Assembly (NCBI GenBank): GCA_963769885.1
Contig: CAVYNH010000004.1
Span: forward strand, 75,904 to 139,903
DNA: 64,000 nucleotides
Origin: Methanobacteriota archaeon
GTDB lineage: Archaea; Thermoplasmatota; E2; DHVEG-1
Reading direction: 5' to 3'
Shown here one piece after another: positions 39,699-49,025 of the stretch (its first letter is position 1; the number at the start of each line of letters is the position of its first letter). The position numbers and the translations under genes were made by a program. The notes under the pieces were generated by a model. The model searched no databases. It was given only the letters and a program-made list of their open reading frames with translations, and was not told the origin of the DNA.

Positions 39699-41561
39699 AT
39701 GATAAAAAACAATATATTGTATCGAAAAAAAGGCAAGTTCGCACCGCTGATCAAGATACTGGTTACCCTCTCCCTGATCTTATCTAGTAGCGTCATCGTC
39801 GCAACTCAAGGACACCCTCCTCCTATCAATAAATGGCGCCAACTCATAGGGAGCAGTAGCACAATTAATAAGGGCTTTAACAACAGCCATAACATTGCAA
39901 CCCGAGGGATTACCATCTACAAGAATGAACTGTATGTTGGTACAGAAAATCATTGCTTATCAAACTGGAAATCCATTTTTTTAAACTGGATATTAAATCA
40001 GACAGTCTTAACCCCGCAAAGTATCGTCCAATATATTCTCTCACAGCCACTATCGATGGATCCCGTGGTTCGGAGCATACAGAACCTCCTCCAAATCGAA
40101 CAGAGGCAAGGTCTCCTCAACCTTGATCCGACGCCTTTGAACAGCACTAGTTATGACGAACACTATTATTTTTCGCCTGATGGTGGTCAACATGTCTATT
40201 ATCTTGATCCAGAGGTCTTTGGCATGAGTGGTGTCCCCGATATACTCCTTGGGTTAGCGAAAGGCATGACGAACGGCACAAATGTCCTGCGGGTACTACT
40301 TCATCTTGGAGCCTTATGTAGCGATGGATGTGATCTCTGGAAATATAATAGCTCCACCGGAGCATGGACACACGTTGTGGGTAAGAACTCAACCACGGGA
40401 ATGGGCGCTGGATTTAACTATCAGTCTAACTTCTGTGTCGGCGTCATGAAAGAGTTCAAAAATAAACTCTATGTGGGAACCTGGAATACTCCAGGGTGTG
40501 GCCCGCTGCTTGATGGCATATTCCATATTACCCGAAAAGGTTGTGAAATCTGGCGTTTTGATGGCACCAACTGGGAACAAGTCGTTGGATTAGACGCATA
40601 TAACAGAACCGGGCGGACATCAAACAATGGCGGGTTCGGCAACCCTGACAACATGGCCGCAGGTAGCATCGAAGAATATAACGGCTATCTGTACGTTGGG
40701 ACAATGAATTTTAATTTCACACAGACTGGTGCATGTGAAGTCTGGAGAACCAACGATGGTGAAAACTGGACGAAAGTAGTGGACCATGGGTTCCGACCGA
40801 ATATGACCATACCAGCAGACCCAGACCCAGACCTAAACAATGGCGTCACAAATACCTATGCCTGGGAGATGAGAAACTACTCGGGCAATCTGTATGTCGG
40901 GACGGGTAATTCTCACGCCCCATTCGGTATCCTTAGGAATGGTACCGGGTGTCAACTATGGAAATCAAGTAATGGTATCACTTGGACAAAAGTTTCGCTT
41001 CCGAATGGGACTCACCCAGGGCATCGTGATGGGTTTGGTGAATGGTCGACTGACGGGATTCGACGGATGGGCGTTTACAACGGGTTACTGTATATTGGAA
41101 CTGCGACTAATGTGCTCGCCAAAACCCAAGCATGTGAAGTCTGGAGTTACGATGGAACGAACGGGCCGAACGCCTGGCATAACCTCATTGGTGAGAAAGC
41201 ATATAACGAGCACCATAACAATGCAAATTATAGTGATGGTTTCGGAAATACATCTAATAAATATGTCTGGGGTATGACGGTTGCAACAGATGGCATCTGG
41301 ATGGGCGCAGCAAAAGGCGGCGGCTGCCAGGTGTTCCGGTACAACGGAACAGGCTGGTACGTCAGTGTTCGGACCCGTGATGGTGAAATATCTGATGGGT
41401 TCGGAGATACGTGGAACTCAGCAGCCCGCTCAATGATCGAATACCCTAAAGGGACAGGGACGATCATTGCAGGGACGTTTACTGCCATTTATAATTGGGA
41501 CAAAACCAAACATGGGTTTGGTCCTGAAGTCGGCTGTGAAATCTGGAAACGGTCTCCTTAA
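39699..41561 (+). CDS. Secreted repeat (beta-propeller-like) protein, paralog of 24598..26580 without the Hint-like insert
   Basis: Signal-like N-terminus; repeated LYVGT...GCE(I/V)WR..G..W units; shared N-terminal ATRG(M/I)(A/T)I(F/Y)K..LYVGT motif with 24598..26580. Confidence 0.6.
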   Translation: MIKNNILYRKKGKFAPLIKILVTLSLILSSSVIVATQGHPPPINKWRQLIGSSSTINKGFNNSHNIATRGITIYKNELYVGTENHCLSNWKSIFLNWILNQTVLTPQSIVQYILSQPLSMDPVVRSIQNLLQIEQRQGLLNLDPTPLNSTSYDEHYYFSPDGGQHVYYLDPEVFGMSGVPDILLGLAKGMTNGTNVLRVLLHLGALCSDGCDLWKYNSSTGAWTHVVGKNSTTGMGAGFNYQSNFCVGVMKEFKNKLYVGTWNTPGCGPLLDGIFHITRKGCEIWRFDGTNWEQVVGLDAYNRTGRTSNNGGFGNPDNMAAGSIEEYNGYLYVGTMNFNFTQTGACEVWRTNDGENWTKVVDHGFRPNMTIPADPDPDLNNGVTNTYAWEMRNYSGNLYVGTGNSHAPFGILRNGTGCQLWKSSNGITWTKVSLPNGTHPGHRDGFGEWSTDGIRRMGVYNGLLYIGTATNVLAKTQACEVWSYDGTNGPNAWHNLIGEKAYNEHHNNANYSDGFGNTSNKYVWGMTVATDGIWMGAAKGGGCQVFRYNGTGWYVSVRTRDGEISDGFGDTWNSAARSMIEYPKGTGTIIAGTFTAIYNWDKTKHGFGPEVGCEIWKRSP

Positions 41562-41620
41562 AGCTATGGATAAAAGAGGGAAAATTCCCTCTTTTCCTCA
41601 TTTTTAAATATAGACAATTA

Positions 41621-41727
41621 TGAAATAGGGGCTACGCCCCTATGACCCCGTTCCGCCTTCGTTCCTTTCATCTGCGGGCCTTTACTGCGGTTCAGACCGC
41701 GCAGTTTTTCCGGGCCTCTATTGATAA
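41621..41727 (+). repeat. Intact copy of the intergenic repeat family
   Basis: tgaaataggggctacgcccctatgaccccgttccgccttcgttcctttcatctgcgggcctttactgcggttcagaccgcgcagtttttccgggcctctattgataatag. Confidence 0.65.
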
Positions 41728-41825
41728 TAGAAAAAATCATTTGGTTTTTTCATATTTTAAAAGAATTTATATATGCATTTATTGTTCTCTTTGTAATTTA
41801 AATTAATAAATTGAGGAGATAGTGA

Positions 41826-42299
41826 ATGGCTGATCAAAAAGATTCTTTTCTGTTGGATTTAAAAGATGACGTATTTCCGTTTGTTCTGGCTTTGACAATG
41901 ATTTTAACTTTTTTTATTATTGTGTATTGGTTTGTAAGGCCGGCTGATACTGACAACGTTGACAAGGTGATTACAGCGTTTGTGGCTTGGATTGGAGCCA
42001 TTATCGGTTTTTATTTTGGAAATAAGCCTGTGAAAGATTTGAGGAAGCAGGTTCAAAGCGTTTCGAATGAGGCCGGAAAAAATCAAGTGAATTACAATAA
42101 TGAGCATAAAAATTTTGTAAAAACAGTCAGCGCACTTAGTGAGTTGAATCATAATGTGGAGTTATATACAAATGAAAAGGCGCCCCAAGTAAAAGCAATG
42201 GCGGCAATGGAAGCGGATCCTGCGTTGGGAAAATTAATCAGAGCGTTAGAAGATTCAAAAGATAAATTAAAATATTTCGAACAGGAACTTCATAAATGA
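41826..42299 (+). CDS. Membrane protein with C-terminal coiled-coil region (hypothetical)
   Basis: Two hydrophobic segments (VFPFVLALTMILTFFIIVYWFV; ITAFVAWIGAIIGFYFG) followed by a charged helical tail. Confidence 0.45.
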   Translation: MADQKDSFLLDLKDDVFPFVLALTMILTFFIIVYWFVRPADTDNVDKVITAFVAWIGAIIGFYFGNKPVKDLRKQVQSVSNEAGKNQVNYNNEHKNFVKTVSALSELNHNVELYTNEKAPQVKAMAAMEADPALGKLIRALEDSKDKLKYFEQELHK

Positions 42300-42399
42300 A
42301 TAATGTGAATTCAGCGTAGGATCAAGAATTCAATCATGGTCAAAGTTGCGAGAGTTAGATGCTGGGCGGGGCTGATTTTTCCATACAGCTCACTATTCG

Positions 42400-42810
42400 C
42401 TACGGTCCCCAGTGTGATGGTTCGAATCGCCACTCGACGACGTCGTTGTCTCTAAGAAAGTATTGGCTGCATCCGATTGCGGAGAACTGCCCGTTCACAT
42501 AGTACTGCCAATAGCAGCCCTCATCCCCGTTCTTCACCCCGTTGATCCCGCGGATGAAATAGGAATGGTAGCCCTTCCAGTATTCTTTTTGCATAGTGAT
42601 GTTCAAGGCGGCTGCGCATTCATCCGAGAAATCGGCGACCGTCACGTTGGTGGTATTCCTCCCAAGATACTCAAGGGACCAGGACGGCGTGATGATCCTC
42701 ATGCTGATGTTGCGCGCCAGGCCGTCAGGGTTACGCTGTAATGAGAGCGAGAGGAGATCGCAGTGGGAGACGAGGGCCATCAGGGACAGCAGGACGGCGA
42801 CGACCACCAC
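42400..42810 (-). CDS. Secreted DUF4430-like protein
   Basis: Signal-like N-terminus; CYWQYYVNGQFSAIGCSQYFLRDNDVVEWRF resembles the DUF4430 signature; non-ATG (GTG) start in track frame; 54 nt downstream of the toroid gene. Confidence 0.45.
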   Translation of the reverse strand: MVVVAVLLSLMALVSHCDLLSLSLQRNPDGLARNISMRIITPSWSLEYLGRNTTNVTVADFSDECAAALNITMQKEYWKGYHSYFIRGINGVKNGDEGCYWQYYVNGQFSAIGCSQYFLRDNDVVEWRFEPSHWGP

Positions 42811-42864
42811 GTAGACGATGATAGCCCGTTTCTTGGTATGCGGCAGGCGGATGCGCTCACCTCA

Positions 42865-44757
42865 TCACTGTCTATGGAAGTGTGGGAAACAGTTCAGGAG
42901 GGTGACTTGGAGTTCGTCGCTGTCGTACAGGCTCAGAGGCCGGCCGTACTCAGAGGTGTAGCCGTAGACGCTGAGGGTTGCCTCCGTCAGGAACATCCTG
43001 AGGTTCAGTCTCCAGGTGAAGGGCCGGCTGGCGTCGGTGTGGTACAAGGTGCCGTCGAGGTAGAACTCGACCTTGTCGATCGCGGCGACGGCGTTGACCT
43101 CGATGTCGAGGGGGCCGAGGACGAAGACGCCTTTGTGGGGGCGCTGGAGCGGCCGGTTCCATAGATATATCGTGTTGTTCTGTGGTCTGGTGATCTGTAG
43201 GGACTTGACGACCGAAAGCGGTGTTTTTTCTGAGCGGACGTAGCCGGGATTTTCCGCGTAGACCTGGTAGTCACCGGGTGTGGTGCATTGGATGATCGCG
43301 GTCCCGGACTCATCAGTCGCGTAGCGGGTGGTCCCGACCCAGATCGTGATGTTCCCGACAGGGGCCATGGTCTCGTTGTAGGTATGCACAAGGAGTTCCT
43401 CTGAGACGTTGATGGTGTGCTTGCCAAGGGTGATGCGCAGGGCGTGGGCGTCCCATTGTTCCAGGTAGCCGAAGAGGACCTGCCGGGTGGTGTTGTTGAG
43501 GAGGTAGTGTCCGGCGTCGATCATGGGCAGCGTGTAGTCGACCCAGTAGTGCCACCAGTCGGAGTCGTTGGCGATGGTCTTGACGTAGAAGGCGCCCCAG
43601 TCGGGATAGTAGATGATGTCGTAGGTGATGTGTGCGGCGTCCAGGGCGGTGACCAGGGCGCTGAGGACCGTGGGGTCTGGGAAGGTGTAGTGTTGCATCT
43701 GCCCACTGCTTTGGTTGTAGGCCTGGATGGTGGTGTTGCTGCAGTGGATGGTGCCGTTGAAGAGGGTTGTGGTTTTTCCTTCGACGCGCACGGTTCCTGT
43801 CCATTCGGCTCCGGTGGAGGGGTCCTGGTGATGGGTCGGCTGCCAGATCCTCACGGGGTAAGGATGTGCGAGGAGCGCGCAGAGGACGTAGGAGGTCATC
43901 CATTCGGGGTTGAGGTTCTGGGTGGTGCTCCAGTTGAAGCCGCCGTCGGTGCGCTGGAGGCTTGTGAGGTAGTCGATGGGTGTGTGGTTGTTCTTCTGCC
44001 AGGATGGGCTGGTGGGGTCTTGGTCGGCTTTGATAAGGGCGCAGGTCGTCCAGGCGGTGGAGGCGGCATTGGTGGTCCCCCAGGATTGGAAACCTCCGTT
44101 ATTAGCTTGAGTGGTTTTGAGGTAGGCGAGGGCGGTGGCGATGGACGTGTCTTGCGGGTCTTCTCCTGCGGCGGTGAGTGCCATGATGGCGGCCGCGGTG
44201 GTGTCGGCGTCGCCCCAGCCGCCGTTATTTTGTTGGTAGGTGAGGATGTAGGCTTTCTCCTGCTGGATGAGGGGTGCCTGTGGTGCGGTGCCGCAGGCGA
44301 CCAGGGCGAGGATGCCGAAGAGGTCGTCGTAGAGGAGGGTGGGGTTTCCAATCTGTGTGCCGTCGTAGAAGCTTTCCAGTTTGGTGAGGAGGTTTGTTCC
44401 TGCGACTGTGGTGGGGTCTTGGCCGCAGGCGACCAAGGCGAGGGTCTGTCGCTGCCAGTCTGTAGCCGTGTTGTTGTCGAGGAGGGTGAGGCTGTCGACG
44501 AGGTAGGCGGTGAGGCGGGGGTCTGTTTTGTTGGCGGCGGCGTAGGCCATGGCTGCCCATGCTGAGGTGGCGGGGCCAGCGATGCTTCCGTCCGGTGCCT
44601 GTATTGTTTGGAGGTATTGGAGGGCGTTGGTGATGACAGGGTCGTCGGGTGAGTAGGGGTAGGTCGCTTGTGGGTCTGCGGTGACGAGAGATAATGGTTG
44701 GGTGATGAGGGGGAGGGCTAGTGTGAGGAGAAGGAGGGTGGCTGTTGTTTTTTTCAT
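42865..44757 (-). CDS. Secreted protein with prenyltransferase/terpenoid-cyclase-like alpha/alpha-toroid repeats and a C-terminal beta-rich domain
   Basis: Start set at internal ATG 44757 (MKKTTATLLLLTLALPLITQPLSLV signal peptide); repeats GGWGDADTTAAAIMALTAAGEDP, NNGGFQSWG, TDGGFNWS; track ORF extends to 45210 but that extension overlaps the divergent ArsR gene and is Ser/Thr/Arg-rich. Confidence 0.6.
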   Translation of the reverse strand: MKKTTATLLLLTLALPLITQPLSLVTADPQATYPYSPDDPVITNALQYLQTIQAPDGSIAGPATSAWAAMAYAAANKTDPRLTAYLVDSLTLLDNNTATDWQRQTLALVACGQDPTTVAGTNLLTKLESFYDGTQIGNPTLLYDDLFGILALVACGTAPQAPLIQQEKAYILTYQQNNGGWGDADTTAAAIMALTAAGEDPQDTSIATALAYLKTTQANNGGFQSWGTTNAASTAWTTCALIKADQDPTSPSWQKNNHTPIDYLTSLQRTDGGFNWSTTQNLNPEWMTSYVLCALLAHPYPVRIWQPTHHQDPSTGAEWTGTVRVEGKTTTLFNGTIHCSNTTIQAYNQSSGQMQHYTFPDPTVLSALVTALDAAHITYDIIYYPDWGAFYVKTIANDSDWWHYWVDYTLPMIDAGHYLLNNTTRQVLFGYLEQWDAHALRITLGKHTINVSEELLVHTYNETMAPVGNITIWVGTTRYATDESGTAIIQCTTPGDYQVYAENPGYVRSEKTPLSVVKSLQITRPQNNTIYLWNRPLQRPHKGVFVLGPLDIEVNAVAAIDKVEFYLDGTLYHTDASRPFTWRLNLRMFLTEATLSVYGYTSEYGRPLSLYDSDELQVTLLNCFPHFHRQ

Positions 44758-44812
44758 AAGTTTCTTGCCTCTTGGGGTGTGTAGGGAGTCGGTAGGTTTA
44801 AATGTAGCAAAA

Positions 44813-45358
44813 ATGATGATGATTGTTAGTACTATGGGTAACGATGTGTTTAAGGCCTTGAGTAGTCCGACGCGGGTGAGGATTCTCAAGGAGCTTGCGG
44901 GCCGGGAGCTGCATGTGTCCGAGGTTGCGCGAAGGCTTAAGTTGTCGGTGCCTGTGGTCGCTCGGCACGTGCGGGTGCTGGAGGGTGCTGGGTTGGTTCG
45001 GAAGCGGGTTGTGGGGAATCTATATTTGTTGTCGTCGGTGGGGGTGAACGTGGAGGAGGCGTTGGATCCGCTGGGGGAGGAGGCGCGGGTGTCGATTGGG
45101 GAGCGTGAGAGCCTGTTTGATGCGCTGCGGCAGGTGCCTGGGGTGGAGATTACGCGGGTGGGGGATGTGCAGTATATCACGTCGATTAACGGGGAGCGGG
45201 GGTACTTCATCTATGAGGTGGATGGGAAGGCGCCGGGGGTGCCGATCGATCAGTACCGGCCGGGGCGGACGGTGCGGCTGCAGGTGAAGCGGCTGGTGCC
45301 GGTTCGGAAGAAGACGGTCGAGGTACAGGTGCAGCGGGGGGAGAACCAGGAAAAATAA
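44813..45358 (+). CDS. ArsR/SmtB-family HTH transcriptional regulator, divergent from the toroid/DUF4430 operon
   Basis: VFKALSSPTRVRILKELAGRELHVSEVARRLKLSVPVVARHVRVLEGAGLV; start chosen at internal ATG so as not to overlap the divergent gene. Confidence 0.6.
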   Translation: MMMIVSTMGNDVFKALSSPTRVRILKELAGRELHVSEVARRLKLSVPVVARHVRVLEGAGLVRKRVVGNLYLLSSVGVNVEEALDPLGEEARVSIGERESLFDALRQVPGVEITRVGDVQYITSINGERGYFIYEVDGKAPGVPIDQYRPGRTVRLQVKRLVPVRKKTVEVQVQRGENQEK

Positions 45359-45370
45359 GAAGATGTGGAA

Positions 45371-46729
45371 TTAATTCGAATTATTCCCCCAAAATGCGTA
45401 TCCAGCAGGATTGCCTGGAACCCACTCGGGTGGAACCATGTATGCCCGGTAGAGAACGTTCTTTCTCTGTGGGGTTGTGTAGCTCCACACGACTGTATTT
45501 GCCGGAGTTATTTGAAAAACACGGCCAGACAGGCCCTCAGTCACCAATGTATTTCCGTTTGGAAGCCTTTGGACGGAACTCATGGAAGCACTGAATAATT
45601 TATGAAGACAACCATTTCGAAATAAAACGTTGAACCCCTCATTATGACGATATTCTTGGACTATGTCCAAGGTAATCGGATTAAATTCAAGTACCCTTGA
45701 GAACCATCTGAATTCATTTGGGAAACCTAACAGACCGTACCCGGCTGCTCCGCCGTTGTCGAATACGAGGATGTCGCCTGCTCCTGGTAGACCGTCAGGA
45801 ATCATGTGTGCATGGTGAAAGCCGATCATTTTTCCAAGCTTTCGTCCTTCTTCGGTTTTTTCTGAGAAATCTGGCCCAATTCTCCAGACGATTTTTCCTG
45901 TCTGTCTGCTGATGATCGCCATGAAATTCGTGTTTCGTGTGCTAATGATGATGTTTTCAGGATTGAACCGTTCATCGCCTTTCTCGAACCACTTATTTTT
46001 ACCTAGGAGGGACACTGAATTGATATGGATCCAATCGCCAGGTAGGCAACCTAGGATCAATCCAGCTCCGCCAGGGTTCAACCAGATTGCTCTCCTTTCT
46101 TGTGCACTAAGCCCCATTTCATCGATATGGTCGGAGGCGTGCCATTCGAAGCCTGTCAGCGTTCCATTCCAGTCAACTTCGTAAATCACGTCATCTATTA
46201 TTTGCTTAAAGCTGACATTAGCGTTCGTTGTTGTATGATGCCCTAGAATCAAGGTTTTGCCGTGTGGCACAAAATCCTGACCTGGCGCATAGTACCCCAC
46301 TGGATTTCCTTCTCTTTCAAAATCGTGATGTTCGCGTGCAATTGGTGTTCCGTTTTCATCCGTTTCCCAGCCGTTAAAATTCCATTCGACAGATCCGTTC
46401 CAATCCAATTGCGTCAGGTTTGAACTGTCCCATTCGCTCATATATCGTCCAGTCGCAGAAATGATTGAACCGCCGGGCAGCATCTTTGCCGGGTCTGGGG
46501 TCGTATTCCACCTGTGTATCTCTGTTCCATTCATTTCGATGAGAGACGTCCAATAACCTTCACCTTCATCATTCTTTATGACCGGCATGACGCTGCAGAG
46601 AATGTATCCTTCACAGATGCCTGCATTGTTATTGTCTGTATTCTCATGGGCCTGTACAGTCGCATGGAAGGTTGAGGCATTGAGAGATAACAACAGAAAA
46701 AGTACACAGGAAACAAGGGCTTTTTTCAT
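45371..46729 (-). CDS. Secreted beta-propeller protein, arylsulfotransferase (ASST)-like candidate
   Basis: Signal peptide MKKALVSCVLFLLLSLNASTFHA; His-rich motifs REHHDFE, ILGHHTT, IGFHHAHMIPDG; assignment from memory. Confidence 0.4.
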   Translation of the reverse strand: MKKALVSCVLFLLLSLNASTFHATVQAHENTDNNNAGICEGYILCSVMPVIKNDEGEGYWTSLIEMNGTEIHRWNTTPDPAKMLPGGSIISATGRYMSEWDSSNLTQLDWNGSVEWNFNGWETDENGTPIAREHHDFEREGNPVGYYAPGQDFVPHGKTLILGHHTTTNANVSFKQIIDDVIYEVDWNGTLTGFEWHASDHIDEMGLSAQERRAIWLNPGGAGLILGCLPGDWIHINSVSLLGKNKWFEKGDERFNPENIIISTRNTNFMAIISRQTGKIVWRIGPDFSEKTEEGRKLGKMIGFHHAHMIPDGLPGAGDILVFDNGGAAGYGLLGFPNEFRWFSRVLEFNPITLDIVQEYRHNEGFNVLFRNGCLHKLFSASMSSVQRLPNGNTLVTEGLSGRVFQITPANTVVWSYTTPQRKNVLYRAYMVPPEWVPGNPAGYAFWGNNSN

Positions 46730-46916
46730 TTCTCGTATTTTGATATATAAAGGACTATTAATAATTTTTTTTCAAATAAGTGTGCAGAAACAAGCCAAGG
46801 ACAGTGATTGGGTGAACCTCATACAAAAGCTGGATGAAGTACCCGGGATGGTCAAAGCTATAGGAATATATAAACAAATTAAAAGTTAAATATATGTTAT
46901 TTATTATCTTGTAAAA

Positions 46917-47888
46917 ATGCAAAAAAAAGAACAGGGAAATAATTCTATTGCTTATTACTATGATGTTGCATTATCGTTTGCTGGGGAGGATAGAAATTTT
47001 GTTGAAAAAGTGGCTCAGGAATTAATAAAAATGGATATTAAAGTTTTTTATGATAAATATGAAGAAGTAATTTTATGGGGAAAAAATCTGTATACACATC
47101 TAAGAGACATCTATCAAACAAAAGCAAGATATACAGTAATGTTTATTTCGAAGAATTATGCCCAGAAAGTCTGGACAAATCATGAACGAGAAAGCGCACA
47201 AGCTCGGGCTTTTATTGAAAATAAGGAGTATATCTTACCTGTTCGTTTTGATAATACAAAAATTCCAGGGGAGTTACCTACCATTGGTTATATCAGTTTA
47301 AAGGGTAAAACACCTAGAATGTTAGCTGAATTAATTAAAGAAAAAATAGGGCCGATACCTCGGATTAACTATTTTCCAGATAATCCCGATCGATTATTCG
47401 AAGAATTAAAAGTAAGAGAACCAAAAAAACAGGAATTAATATATAATTTAGCATATACATTTCATGAGAGCTTTAAGTTAATGACTCCTACTGAGAGAGA
47501 TATTTTGTTTAAAGCATACTTAGAGACTTGCCCGGAAGGGCCCCCAGAGAATATTCATTTAAACCTTCAATATTTTTTAAGAATATTGTCCATGGAAAAA
47601 CAAGAACTTATTGCGATTTTCTCTAGGCTGGACTGTTTGGGTTTCCGAACAAAAATTAATAAGGTAAATGAAAAGAAAGACCGTCACAAAATATGTGGGG
47701 ATAGTGAGATAATAACAATTACATATGAAATAAATAAACCTGCCTTTTCAGGGAATGCATCCTTTATAATGATTTCAATTTTCGATATTATGACAGACTT
47801 GATATGTAAGGATTGTTTACGGATAACTTTGGAGAATGCGGATTTTTCAATTTTAAGCACGGCAGTTGGATATAAAGAAAAGAAATAG
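46917..47888 (+). CDS. TIR-domain protein with C-terminal domain of unknown function
   Basis: N-terminal YDVALSFAGEDRNFVEKVAQELIKMDIKVFYD...ARYTVMFISKNYAQKVWTNHERESAQ matches the bacterial TIR pattern (DV(F/A)(I/L)SxxxED...S.W...E); ~170-aa C-terminal region without recognisable motif. Confidence 0.65.
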   Translation: MQKKEQGNNSIAYYYDVALSFAGEDRNFVEKVAQELIKMDIKVFYDKYEEVILWGKNLYTHLRDIYQTKARYTVMFISKNYAQKVWTNHERESAQARAFIENKEYILPVRFDNTKIPGELPTIGYISLKGKTPRMLAELIKEKIGPIPRINYFPDNPDRLFEELKVREPKKQELIYNLAYTFHESFKLMTPTERDILFKAYLETCPEGPPENIHLNLQYFLRILSMEKQELIAIFSRLDCLGFRTKINKVNEKKDRHKICGDSEIITITYEINKPAFSGNASFIMISIFDIMTDLICKDCLRITLENADFSILSTAVGYKEKK

Positions 47889-48018
47889 TTTCTCTGACCC
47901 CCTCCAGGAATTTATAAGGAGTAGAACGATTATCTTTCTCCGAGAAAAATAAGGTCAAAATTGACCCCCAGATGCTGCGAGCATCCAGGGGTCTGAGACC
48001 ATAATAGGATGTGCTATT

Positions 48019-49014
48019 ATGATCCCAAGCGGGAACAATACCCATAGTGGTAATAAGATTTTGGTGCAGGCCAGTTTAAATCAGATAGCGACTCAAAAAC
48101 AGTTGAACACATCACCTAAGGCAATTACGACTTCGGTCATACAGACTTCTTCTTCGAAACAAGAAAATGACAATGACAATCTCTTGGACAAGTTCAACCG
48201 TTACATGCGTGAGAACAACTACAGCAAGAGCACCATCTACATGTATACAAAGGTTGTCAGCCAGATGCTTGCCATGAAAGATCCGCTCTCCATGACGGAG
48301 GATGATCTCAGCGACGTTCGGCTCTACCTTGTTGAACGCTATGCTCAGAATGGGAACCGGGCGAGGTTCGCTGCCATCAACGCCTTCTGCAAGCATATCC
48401 TTAAACGAAAAGACCTGCACCTAAGGATTCCCGGACCCGTCATCAAGAACAAGGACGTGTTCACCAATGAACAGATCGATGCTATCCTTGCTGTTGCGAA
48501 GACAAAAAACAAGCTTGCCTATGCCATACTTCAGACCTTGTACCACTGCGGACTACGCAAGATGGAGCTGGTTAACCTGAACCTCTCTGATCTCAACTTC
48601 GAAACTATGGAACTTCGATTGGACAACACCAAGACCGGAAACGCCATCGTGTCAATGACCACGGCTGTTGCTTTGGCGCTGCAGGATTACATCGAGAATG
48701 AAAGATCTAAGAAAGAGGGTGAACAAGCCGTTTTCCTCAACAAGAAAGGAGTTCGCATTGGAGAATGGGATGTTAGAGGGTACCTCAAGAAATGTGGAAA
48801 AGAAGCCGGGATAACATCCCGGATGTATCCACATATGTTACGCGCATCATGTATCACACATTTATTAAATAAAGGCGTGAATCCTCTCACGGTGCAGCTT
48901 CATGCCAGACACAGAAATTTCATGACAACCATGAGATATAACAGGCCAACTCAACAACAGATGAAGGCTGATATAGAAAGAATATTCTCTATAACTAATC
49001 AAGAAAAGATTTAA
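48019..49014 (+). CDS. Tyrosine recombinase (XerC/XerD-like integrase), intact
   Basis: C-terminal catalytic region HMLRASCITHLLNKGVNPLTVQLHARHRNFMTTMRYNRP (R..H..R..Y pattern); N-terminal SAM-like region NRYMRENNYSKSTIYMYTKVV. Confidence 0.75.
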   Translation: MIPSGNNTHSGNKILVQASLNQIATQKQLNTSPKAITTSVIQTSSSKQENDNDNLLDKFNRYMRENNYSKSTIYMYTKVVSQMLAMKDPLSMTEDDLSDVRLYLVERYAQNGNRARFAAINAFCKHILKRKDLHLRIPGPVIKNKDVFTNEQIDAILAVAKTKNKLAYAILQTLYHCGLRKMELVNLNLSDLNFETMELRLDNTKTGNAIVSMTTAVALALQDYIENERSKKEGEQAVFLNKKGVRIGEWDVRGYLKKCGKEAGITSRMYPHMLRASCITHLLNKGVNPLTVQLHARHRNFMTTMRYNRPTQQQMKADIERIFSITNQEKI

Positions 49015-49025
49015 AATATTATTTC

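Noticed and set aside
42950-44565. Track ORFs on both strands overlapping the toroid-protein gene (Pro/Arg/Thr-rich translations)
   Set aside because: Low-complexity translations typical of out-of-frame readings of GC-rich coding sequence; the 42865..44757 frame has a signal peptide and repeat domains.
44758-45210. N-terminal 151-codon extension of track ORF 42865..45210
   Set aside because: The extension overlaps the divergent ArsR gene and is Ser/Thr/Arg-rich with no hydrophobic core; an internal ATG at 44757 starts a canonical signal peptide (MKKTTATLLLL...).
15106-47888. Possible Thoeris system (SIR2-like protein plus TIR protein)
   Set aside because: The SIR2-like and TIR genes are ~31 kb apart on different strands with unrelated neighbours, and the SIR2-like protein has a sirtuin zinc ribbon and no SLOG domain; not a canonical ThsA/ThsB pair.
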